Assembly (NCBI GenBank): GCA_044342325.1
Contig: JBIIPZ010000063.1
Span: forward strand, 1 to 12,494
From: Terrimicrobiaceae bacterium
Lineage (GTDB): Bacteria; Verrucomicrobiota; Verrucomicrobiia; Chthoniobacterales; Terrimicrobiaceae
DNA: 12,494 bases
Reading direction: 5' to 3'
The notes beneath the pieces were generated by a model. That model did not search any database and had not been told where the DNA came from. It saw only the letters and a list, made by a program, of their open reading frames with translations. Positions 1 to 7,185 of the stretch are shown here, piece after piece (positions within the stretch are counted from its first letter, which is position 1; each line of letters starts with the position of its first letter). A program made the position numbers and the translations under genes.

Positions 1-2
1 CT

Positions 3-38
3 GCTTCAATGGGACCGCGCATTTGATAGCGCGGAAGG
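3..38 (-). CRISPR. Full CRISPR repeat copy in inverted orientation
   Basis: GCTTCAATGGGACCGCGCATTTGATAGCGCGGAAGG is the exact reverse complement of the array repeat. Confidence 0.93.
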
Positions 39-488
39 GCGGTCCCATTGAAGCAAGAAGCTCGCCAAGCGAGTGGACAAGCTCACCGCCCTTCCGCGCT
101 ATCAAATGCGCGGTCCCATTGAAGCAGTAAGGCTGAGTATGCCGCTCGCCTTCTTCCTCCCTTCCGCGCTATCAAATGCGCGGTCCCATTGAAGCAAGCC
201 GGAGTTTGATTCGGCGGATTTCAAGAAAGCGCCCTTCCGCGCTATCAAATGCGCGGTCCCATTGAAGCGCAATACGAGGTGGGCGGCACACTCTGCACCC
301 AGACCCCTTCCGCGCTATCAAATGCGCGGTCCCATTGAAGCGGCCAAAACCCACGCCGGGTTTTTTGCGTCTGCCCCTCCCTTCCGCGCTATCAAATGCG
401 CGGTCCCATTGAAGCATGCCGTTGGATTTCATCAGACCCGTCTGGTCGTAGTCCTTCCGCGCTATCAAATGCGCGGTCCCATTGAAGC
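39..488 (+). CRISPR. CRISPR array, repeat CCTTCCGCGCTATCAAATGCGCGGTCCCATTGAAGC (36 bp); 6 full repeats plus one 5'-truncated repeat, 6 spacers; type I-G (I-U)-like
   Basis: Identical repeats at 90-125, 160-195, 233-268, 306-341, 380-415 and 453-488, and the last 16 nt of the repeat at 39-54. Unique spacers of 35, 34, 37, 37, 38 and 37 nt. Internal hairpin CCGCGC...GCGCGG. The 3' end ATTGAAGC resembles the 8-nt crRNA handle of type I-G repeats, which is the basis for the orientation and subtype inference. Confidence 0.96.
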
Positions 489-877
489 TATCTCCAGACG
501 CTTCCGCAAGAGCCTTGTCAAAGGGGTCGGGCATTAATTCTTGATATTTAGTTACCTGAAGCATGCCTTTTAATCAGGCGAGAGCACGAATTGGCCCCGC
601 ATTTAGATCAGAGGGGTCAGCAACTGTCTGAATTCGCAAGGGAAAAGTTCGGATTTTTCAGGGGAACTGGGGCTCAGGCAACATTTCCTTTTATCTTGCT
701 GTGGATGGGAGTTCGCGGCCGAGATCACGATTCGCATTGAGTAGGTGTTATCGCGCAGCAGGGATTTGAGAGTTTCGGCTGCCGCATTAAGGTGGCCTTG
801 GTTTTTCAGCAGGAGGGCTTTTCCAAATCCTGGATTGGAAAAAAATCAGACCCGGTTATCAATATTCTGACAAAGCA

Positions 878-1879
878 ATGGATCCCAAACCGAAAATGAA
901 TCTCCGCACCTTTTCCACCTCAGGCCGGCAAGTATCCGAAATTGGCTTGGGCTGCTGGCAGTTGGGCGGTGCGGACTGGGGCGCTATCGATGACGGAAAG
1001 GCATTTGAAATTCTTGCGACTGCGATGGATTCTGGAATCACTTTTTTCGACACAGCTGATGTCTATGGTGCCGGGCGCAGTGAGGAGTTGATTGGACGCT
1101 TTCTGAAGCAGAATCCGAGCGAGGTCTTTGTGGCCACCAAACTTGGTCGCACACCCGAACTTTTCCCAAACGGATACACCGAGGCTGCCATGCGAGCTGC
1201 TACGGAAAACTCTCTGCGCCGTCTCGGCGTGGAGGCGCTCGATTTGACCCAGTTGCATTGCATTCCAACCGCTATGATTCGTCGGGGCGAGGTTTTTGAC
1301 TGGCTGCGGCGGTTGCAGCAGGAGGGAAAAATCCAACGCTTTGGTGCCAGCGTGGAATCTGATGAGGAGGCTTTGATCTGCCTACAACATGAGGGCCTCG
1401 CGTCTTTGCAAATCATTTTCAATGTATTGCGACAGAAGCCTGCGTTCCATGTGCTGGAGGAGGCGAGAAAGCGAGGTGTCGCAATTATTGTGCGCTTGCC
1501 CTTGGCCAGTGGCGTTCTGTCGGGGAAAATGACACTGACGACCCAATTTCCTGAAAAGGATCACCGCAACTACAACCGGGATGGTGCAGCATTTAATGTG
1601 GGGGAAACCTTTGCCGGAATTCCTTATGACAAAGCGGTGGAGCTGTGTGACGAACTCAAGGCCTATCTTCCGCCTGGGTTGGCATTGGCTCAAATGGCCC
1701 AGCGGTGGATTTTGGATCACCCAGCGGTGACGACCGTGATCACCGGCGCGAGCAAGCAGACTCAAGTCTTAGAGAATGCCGCTGTCTCCGCTCTTAGTCC
1801 TCTCTCGCCGCACTTGCATCAATCGCTGCGGCGTTTTTATGACGAATCCGTTGCACATCATATCCGAGGTGCTTATTGA
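878..1879 (+). CDS. Aldo/keto reductase (Tas/IolS-like AKR family)
   Basis: Motifs VSEIGLGCWQLGG, FFDTADVYG (catalytic D/Y), VATKLG (K), LTQLHC (H), PLASGVLSGK and VITGAS. The start could be the second ATG (MNLR). Confidence 0.93.
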   Translation: MDPKPKMNLRTFSTSGRQVSEIGLGCWQLGGADWGAIDDGKAFEILATAMDSGITFFDTADVYGAGRSEELIGRFLKQNPSEVFVATKLGRTPELFPNGYTEAAMRAATENSLRRLGVEALDLTQLHCIPTAMIRRGEVFDWLRRLQQEGKIQRFGASVESDEEALICLQHEGLASLQIIFNVLRQKPAFHVLEEARKRGVAIIVRLPLASGVLSGKMTLTTQFPEKDHRNYNRDGAAFNVGETFAGIPYDKAVELCDELKAYLPPGLALAQMAQRWILDHPAVTTVITGASKQTQVLENAAVSALSPLSPHLHQSLRRFYDESVAHHIRGAY

Positions 1880-2044
1880 AAATCGCGATTGAGGTTAATC
1901 CTCACTTCCCCGTGTCACGATTTCGAAAAGGGTTCGGGGAATTTTGAAACCATCAAACCTTCAGGAGAAGTCTTCTGGGCGCGTTGGGTCAAATTCTTGA
2001 AAATAAGACTTGTCTGGATCCGTCAAAAAGCCGATGGGAAAACT

Positions 2045-2242
2045 ATGAGCACTGTCATGGAAATCGAGAAAGCGATTGACAAATTGCCTGCTCCGGAATT
2101 CCGCGAGCTAGCTGTTTGGATTGAGATGCGTCAGGGTGTTTTGGCGGGTGATTGCGCAATTTTAAGTGAGGATTCCTTGGCCGTGGACTGGAACAAACCG
2201 GAGGAAGACGCGGCATGGATTCACCTTCAATCGGATCAATAA
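2045..2242 (+). CDS. Small putative antitoxin (DUF2281-like, 65 aa)
   Basis: MSTVMEIEKAIDKLP...LSEDSLAVDWNKPEEDAAWIHL. The acidic C-terminal SE.SLA.DW..PEED.AW motif is typical of small antitoxins upstream of PemK/MazF toxins, and the gene overlaps the next start codon. ATG 2045 is preferred over the TTG at 1889. Confidence 0.7.
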   Translation: MSTVMEIEKAIDKLPAPEFRELAVWIEMRQGVLAGDCAILSEDSLAVDWNKPEEDAAWIHLQSDQ

Positions 2243-2646
2243 TCCTACTACCGTTTCCGTTCACGGATCTCTCGAAGTCGAAAATTCGGCCTGCTGTCAT
2301 TTTGGCAAACGCTGGATTGACTCCGCACGAACACGCTGCTGCCGAAGAGAAGGAGGATATTTCGCTCACTCCGATGGCGATGCCGATCCTTGCGGGTCCG
2401 GGCGCGATGAGTCTGGCAATCGGCCTCTCGACCTATGGCCAAACCTTTCCGCATTACATCGGCTTCGTGCTTGGGTTTGCTGCCATCGCGCTGCTCACCT
2501 GGATCTGCTTTCGCGAGAGCGATGCCATGGTGCGTGTGCTGAATGTGAATGCCATCGGAGCGCTCAACCGCGTGCTTGGGTTGTTCATCCTTGCCATCGG
2601 CGTGAACATGGTGGTCAAAGGCGTGCTGGATGTCTTCCCGCGTTGA
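2215..2646 (+). pseudogene. Chimeric ORF: PemK/MazF toxin N-terminus (~34 aa) fused to the MarC-family C-terminal half
   Basis: GGAGG SD at 2200-2204. GSIILLPFPFTDLSKSKIRPAVIL is the PemK/MazF start motif. EDISLTPMAMPILAGPGAM...RVLGLFILAIGVNMVVKG is the MarC C-terminal signature. Neither domain is complete. Confidence 0.8.
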
Positions 2647-2731
2647 CCGTTCTTTTAAAGGCCGGTCATTGTTGCCAATCATAGTTATTTTTTGTGTCTA
2701 AGTTGTTTCGGCTCTGCGAAACTGATGTGTT

Positions 2732-3508
2732 ATGAGAGAAGCCTCAAGCTTGTCTGGTTCAAGAGACTCGCCAGCAACGACACCAACTCCTCTGCAGCGC
2801 CTCTTGATGAGGGATTGTCCGGCCTCTCGGCCGGTGATGCGCCAGCGGTGGAGCCAGCTTCTGTTTCTGCATTGGCCCGTAAATCCAGAATGGATCCGCT
2901 CCCGTTTGCCAGCGGGCCTGCATGTGGATTTGTTCGATAATCAAGCTTGGATGGGGGTCGTGCCTTTTGCCATGGAGCGCGTGCATCCGGTCGGCCTCCC
3001 GCCGCTGCCGTGGATTTCGTGGTTTCTGGAACTCAATGTGCGGACATATGTTCACGACGATGCTGGGCGACCGGGTGTCTGGTTTTTTTCCCTGGATTGC
3101 AACCAACCGCTGGCTGTCGAGGTGGCACGCCGATTTTTCCATCTTCCCTACCATCACGCGCGAATCCATGCGGCGTGTGAGGATGGTGAAACTATCTACA
3201 CCAGTCAGCGCAGGGGATCAAAGAACACATCGAGCTTTCGCTACCGCAACCCGGTCCGCGCTGAGCCCGCGCCAGAGCATTCGCTCGAGTGGTTTTTGGT
3301 CGAGCGATACCTGCTTTTCACCACCGATCGCACGGGTCAAATCCGGTCCGGGCGAGTGCATCACACCCCTTACCGAATCGAGGTTGCAGCTTGTGCGGAG
3401 TGGTCGTCAGAGCCGATCGTCGAGGATGGGTTTGGCTGCATCCAAGGGCCTCCCGCGTCGATGCTTGTTGCTGAACCGGTGGATGTGCGGATTTTTCCCC
3501 TCGTGTAG
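2732..3508 (+). CDS. DUF2071 / YqjF-family protein
   Basis: MRQRWSQLLFLHWPV, LPAGLHVDLFD..AWMGVVPF, FLELNVRTYV, PGVWFFSLD, LEWFLVERY and GRVHH motifs. Start codon uncertain. Confidence 0.88.
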   Translation: MREASSLSGSRDSPATTPTPLQRLLMRDCPASRPVMRQRWSQLLFLHWPVNPEWIRSRLPAGLHVDLFDNQAWMGVVPFAMERVHPVGLPPLPWISWFLELNVRTYVHDDAGRPGVWFFSLDCNQPLAVEVARRFFHLPYHHARIHAACEDGETIYTSQRRGSKNTSSFRYRNPVRAEPAPEHSLEWFLVERYLLFTTDRTGQIRSGRVHHTPYRIEVAACAEWSSEPIVEDGFGCIQGPPASMLVAEPVDVRIFPLV

Positions 3509-3577
3509 ATGATAAAAGTCAAAGAGTCAGCGCGCGAGAGACAATTAAAAGCCAATCAAGAACAGCTACCTGCTCTG

Positions 3578-3686
3578 TTTCTTCAACCACGAAAAGAGCG
3601 AATTTTCACGAGTGGGGACCGGCTTCGCCGGAGAGTTTCGTTGCAGGTATTATTCGTGTTGAGTCGGTAAATTTGTGGGTCAAATG
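3578..3686. repeat. 109-bp imperfect palindromic element, copy A
   Basis: Ungapped alignment to 6120-6228 with 17 mismatches by hand count. Arms AACCACGAA..CGAAT..CACGA and TTCGTG..TCGG..TTTGTGGGT; central CCGGCTTCGCCGG hairpin. Confidence 0.88.
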
Positions 3687-3766
3687 ATTAGAGCACGGGC
3701 AGCCACGCAGGGCTGGCTTCGCCGTGAGGGCTTGACGGTTTGGGATGCTGGAAGAATCATTTCCAC

Positions 3767-3791
3767 GGCACTGACTGAGCAGCGCCCTCCA
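3767..3791 (-). repeat. GGAG-type REP-like hairpin
   Basis: Minus strand TGGAGGGCGCTGCTCAGTCAGTGCC: GGAG tetranucleotide followed by an imperfect GGCGCTG...CAGTGCC stem. Confidence 0.5.
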
Positions 3792-3814
3792 GGGTGGCTT
3801 TCAGAGGGGCAATA

Positions 3815-3875
3815 AAATGCAATGATATCGGAATAAAAACTGGAAAACTGCGAAAATATCTATATCGTTGCATTT
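3815..3875. promoter_or_regulatory. AT-rich promoter region with a 14-bp inverted repeat (putative operator) upstream of the ATPase
   Basis: AAATGCAATGATAT (3815-3828) and ATATCGTTGCATTT (3862-3875) are 13/14 complementary with a 33-nt spacer. The repeat ends 18 nt before the GTG start. Confidence 0.5.
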
Positions 3876-3893
3876 CATTTAACCTTTAAAACC

Positions 3894-5201
3894 GTGATTA
3901 TTGATTTTTCTGTAAAAAACCATCGTTCATTCCGTGACGAGCAGCGCCTGAGCTTTGTGGCCAGCAATTATGTGAAAGAGTTGCCAGATCATCTGATCGA
4001 TCCTGCTTTGCCGGGATTGGATGGGCTGAAGCTCCTGAAAGGTCTGGCTCTCTATGGGCCGAATGCGGCCGGGAAGTCGAATGTGCTGAACGCGCTGCAT
4101 TTTCTGGCTGTGTTTGTGGAAAAATCCGCGACGGATTTTGACGAGGGCGATCCGACAGGTGTGGAGCCTTTTGCTTTGAGCGAAGATGCGGCGGCGACTC
4201 CGAGCGAGTTTGCGCTGCGCTTTGTGGTGAATGGTGTTCGCTACCATTTTGCGTTGGTCCTGGATCGGCACCGAGTGCTCTACGAGTCGCTCTCGGCTTT
4301 TCCGAAAGGCAAGGAGCGTGTCTGGTATGAGCGCACATGGGATGAGGATGCCGGGGCCTACACTTGGGAGCCCGAGCGGCCCACCGATTTTCGCAGAGAT
4401 GCAAAACTCGAAGGCTACACGCGGCAGAATGCGTTGTTCCTCTCGACAGCGGCGAAGTGGAACAACGAGCAACTGGCGCCGATTTACCGGTGGTTCAAAT
4501 TCCAATTGCGATTTTTGAGGGTGAATGCGGATTTCCCCGCTCTACCGCCAAGCATCACGGCAGAGGCCTTGCGAAAAGGCCCGAATGAGCGCAATGCGGT
4601 GGTGCGCCTGCTGCGCCACGCGGACATGGGCATCCTCTCTGCCAAAGCGGTGGAGAAGGAACTGCACCGCGAAGAGTTGCCGGAAGGTCTGCCAGAAGAA
4701 CTCGCGGCTATGTTTCTCAAAAACAAACGCATCGAAATCACGCTCGGGCATCGTGGGGCGGCAGGCCGGGAGTATCCGCTCCCGTGGGATGAGGAGTCCT
4801 CGGGCACGCAGAAGCTATTCACCTTGGCCGGACCGTGGCTGGATGTGCTGGAAAACGGCTATGTGGTGGGCGTGGATGAGATCGAGTCGAGCATGCACCC
4901 CTCCATGGTGGTGGAGTTGCTGCGCTTGATCTTTGATTCCTCAACGAACGCGCACGGAGCGCAGTGCCTCTTCACCACGCACAATCCGCTGCTACTCGAT
5001 CCCACGCTGCTGCGGCGCGACCAGGTGTGGTTTGCGGACAAAGACGAGGAGGGGGCCACCCATCTCTACCCGCTCACAGAATACAAGCCGCGCAAAGGCG
5101 AATCCCTCACACGGGGCTATATGGCGGGACGCTACGGCGCCGTGCCATTCATCCCCGAGGGCCTTCTCGGAAAGGAGGAGGCGGGTGTCGGCCAAGAATA
5201 A
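3894..5201 (+). CDS. AAA_21/AAA_15 ABC-type ATPase (RloA / AbiLi-like)
   Basis: N-terminal MIIDFSVKNHRSFRD, Walker A YGPNAAGKSN, signature EESSGTQKLF, Walker B/D-loop VGVDEIESSMHP, H-loop FTTHNP, and the family-typical LRRDQVWFADKD and YMAGRYGAVP. Confidence 0.92.
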   Translation: MIIDFSVKNHRSFRDEQRLSFVASNYVKELPDHLIDPALPGLDGLKLLKGLALYGPNAAGKSNVLNALHFLAVFVEKSATDFDEGDPTGVEPFALSEDAAATPSEFALRFVVNGVRYHFALVLDRHRVLYESLSAFPKGKERVWYERTWDEDAGAYTWEPERPTDFRRDAKLEGYTRQNALFLSTAAKWNNEQLAPIYRWFKFQLRFLRVNADFPALPPSITAEALRKGPNERNAVVRLLRHADMGILSAKAVEKELHREELPEGLPEELAAMFLKNKRIEITLGHRGAAGREYPLPWDEESSGTQKLFTLAGPWLDVLENGYVVGVDEIESSMHPSMVVELLRLIFDSSTNAHGAQCLFTTHNPLLLDPTLLRRDQVWFADKDEEGATHLYPLTEYKPRKGESLTRGYMAGRYGAVPFIPEGLLGKEEAGVGQE

Positions 5202-5892
5202 GTGGAAAAAGCAGATTCCCTCGGATGCCGCATCCTTCCGCCGTCCGAAGGGCAGTGCCCGTCCCGGCAATGCCATTCTCATCGTTACGGAAGGCCTCGT
5301 GAGTGAGCCCGCCTATTTCACAGCACTGAAAAGACGCCTCGCTCTCCAAACGCTGGAGATCGAAGTTCAGCCCGGTGGCATGGGCGATCCTCAGAAATTG
5401 GTCGAGTATGCGGTGGGCTTGCGCGAGGCACGGCGGCGCGAGGCAAGAAATGGAACGCTATCGCTTTCCAAGGCGCTGGATTTTGACGAAGTCTGGATCG
5501 TGTTTGATACGGATGTGCCACTGGCCCACGGCCGCTTGCAGGCAGGGTTGGCCAAGGCGGCATCCAAGAAAATTCAAGTCGCGCACAGCACTCCATGCTT
5601 TGAGTTTTGGCTCCTGCTGCACAAGACCTACACCACCGCGCCGATGCTCATGTGCGCGGATGCCGTTGCCAGGCTGGAGTCCACATTGACCAGCCGTTAC
5701 TCCAAGGCCAGCCAAGATGCGGCGAGTGTCATCCCTCTTTTACTGGAGGGCCTCGACACAGCTATGGCGAATACCGCAAAAATCCGGCTTCACCACAGCG
5801 CAGTTGCCACACTGCCGCCTGCGAATCCCTCCACGGAAGTGGACCATCTCATTGCGTCCATTCGCAGCACAGCATCCCCCGCCCATAGCTGA
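5185..5892 (+). CDS. RloB-family (TOPRIM-like) protein, AbiLii-like partner of the ATPase
   Basis: GTG at 5185 with AGGAGGAG SD, overlapping the ATPase stop. Motifs ILIVTEG..SEPAYF, DEVWIVFDTD, STPCFEFWLLLH and NPSTEVD. Confidence 0.9.
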   Translation: MSAKNKWKKQIPSDAASFRRPKGSARPGNAILIVTEGLVSEPAYFTALKRRLALQTLEIEVQPGGMGDPQKLVEYAVGLREARRREARNGTLSLSKALDFDEVWIVFDTDVPLAHGRLQAGLAKAASKKIQVAHSTPCFEFWLLLHKTYTTAPMLMCADAVARLESTLTSRYSKASQDAASVIPLLLEGLDTAMANTAKIRLHHSAVATLPPANPSTEVDHLIASIRSTASPAHS

Positions 5893-5958
5893 AACCATGC
5901 CCGAAAACCTCTATAGTTCTTGGATTTAGTCAAACACCCGCATGCATCAAGCATGACT

Positions 5959-5983
5959 TGGAGGGATGGTCTCCGTGCCGTCC
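5959..5983 (+). repeat. GGAG-type REP-like hairpin
   Basis: TGGAGGGATGGTCTCCGTGCCGTCC: same TGGAGGG head as the 3767-3791 copy, followed by a GGATGG...CCGTCC stem. Confidence 0.5.
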
Positions 5984-6119
5984 CAAGTAGTGATGAGCTT
6001 GAATCCATCATGCACGAGGCACGAAGGGAAATGCTGAACCCACGCCAGCGGGCGGTGGCCGGGGATGACCCGGAAAGCCAACTTCATTCAAAGATCAACA
6101 GCTGTCCAGACACATGGGA

Positions 6120-6228
6120 TTTCTTTAACCTCGAATAGAACGAATATTCACGAATAGGGAGTGGCTTCGCCGGAGAATTTCGTTGTCGGAATCATTCGTG
6201 TTGATTCGGTAAATTCGTGGTTCAAATG
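6120..6228. repeat. 109-bp imperfect palindromic element, copy B
   Basis: Direct repeat of 3578-3686. Three CGAAT units on the left arm face three ATTCG units on the right arm. Confidence 0.88.
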
Positions 6229-6314
6229 TTCAACGCTTGAGAAGAGCGCCGGGCCGAGGAGGAACTCGGTGTTCCCACGAAGCGGAACCCCGCCCGCCCG
6301 GTTTTCATGAAATG

Positions 6315-6351
6315 AAAAAGGCGGAAGTCCGAAGACCTCCGCCTTTGTTTT
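6315..6351 (-). terminator. Intrinsic terminator of the cyclophilin gene (possibly bidirectional)
   Basis: Minus strand AAAGGCGGAGGTC-TTCG-GACTTCCGCCTTTTT with a cUUCGg loop and U tract, about 22 nt after the stop. The plus strand also has a T-rich tail. Confidence 0.82.
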
Positions 6352-6372
6352 CAAATAACCGACTTGAGCGAA

Positions 6373-6948
6373 CTATTGCTTATCGAGAACCGCATTCCAC
6401 TCGTCGATGCGTTTTTTCTCGGCGGCGAAGAGAGCGTCGGTCGAGTCGAGGATTTCGATCTTCTCGATCGTGTCGCCCATGCGGATCGAGTCGATCACAT
6501 CTTGGCCCTTCGTCGTGACACCAAAGACCGTGTGGCGTCCGTCCAAGTGAGGAGTGGGCACATGGGTGATGAAAAACTGGCTGCCGTTTGTTCCCGGGCC
6601 TGCATTTGCCATGGAGAAAATGCCTGGCTTGTCGTGCATGAGACCGGATTTGACCTCGTCCTCGAAGCGGTAGCCTGGACCTCCACGGCCAGTGCCGGTG
6701 GGATCGCCGCCTTGGATCATGAATTGCGGAATCACGCGGTGGAAGGTGATGCCATTGTAATAACCGCGTTTGGCGAGGTTCAGGAAATTCGCCACGGTCA
6801 CTGGTGCTGCCGAAGGTTGGAGTGTGGCCTCAATGGGGCCTTTGTTGGTGTTAACGATGATGCGGATGTCTTGCATGGAGGCAGTGTCTGTCGCTGAGTG
6901 GGCGGTGATTGTCAAACCGAGAAGCAGGGCTGAGAAAATTCGTTTCAT
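6373..6948 (-). CDS. Cyclophilin-type peptidyl-prolyl cis-trans isomerase with signal peptide
   Basis: [44 protein letters not shown] and LDGRHTVFG motifs. N-terminal [19 protein letters not shown] looks like a Sec signal. Confidence 0.96.
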   Translation of the reverse strand: MKRIFSALLLGLTITAHSATDTASMQDIRIIVNTNKGPIEATLQPSAAPVTVANFLNLAKRGYYNGITFHRVIPQFMIQGGDPTGTGRGGPGYRFEDEVKSGLMHDKPGIFSMANAGPGTNGSQFFITHVPTPHLDGRHTVFGVTTKGQDVIDSIRMGDTIEKIEILDSTDALFAAEKKRIDEWNAVLDKQ

Positions 6949-7185
6949 AAGGAAACCAGACTATGCCGCTTGGATGAGGAATCTCAACTGCAAGTTGCGT
7001 CTCTGGAATAGCGCCATGGACCTTTGGGAGTGTCATCCGCAAAGAACCTCTTTAAACCCCAATACGCCGGAATTAACCGCATCCTCACCAATCCTCCTGT
7101 AAATCCTGTCATCCTTTCTAAAAATCCGCTCGCAAATGTTGGAAAAGCCCGACAACTTTTGCGCCTCGATCATTTCCCCTTTTTT

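Noticed and set aside
416..452. Self-targeting by spacers (e.g. ATCAGACCCG also at 845-854)
   Set aside because: Matches found by eye within the window are only about 10 nt, which is expected by chance.
172..564. ORFs 172-564 (-) and 262-537 (+)
   Set aside because: They are translations of the CRISPR repeats (recurring FNGTAHLIARK / LPRYQMRGPIE), not genes.
501..567. Possible degenerate terminal CRISPR repeat (CTTCCGC at 501; TGAAGC ending at 562, one period after the last repeat)
   Set aside because: Only about 10 of 36 positions match at 527-562, and the two fragments are not spaced as one repeat. This cannot be distinguished from chance.
1889..2044. N-terminal extension of the 117-aa ORF
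   Set aside because: It has a TTG start and no recognisable protein features. The antitoxin-like sequence starts at ATG 2045, so this stretch is probably promoter.
4933..5184. N-terminal 84 aa of the tracked RloB ORF
   Set aside because: It overlaps the conserved ATPase C-terminus. GTG 5185 has a strong SD and is the better start.
5920..6138. 72-aa ORF as a third gene of the cassette
   Set aside because: It has a TTG start, runs through a REP-like hairpin, ends inside the 109-bp element and has no recognisable motif.
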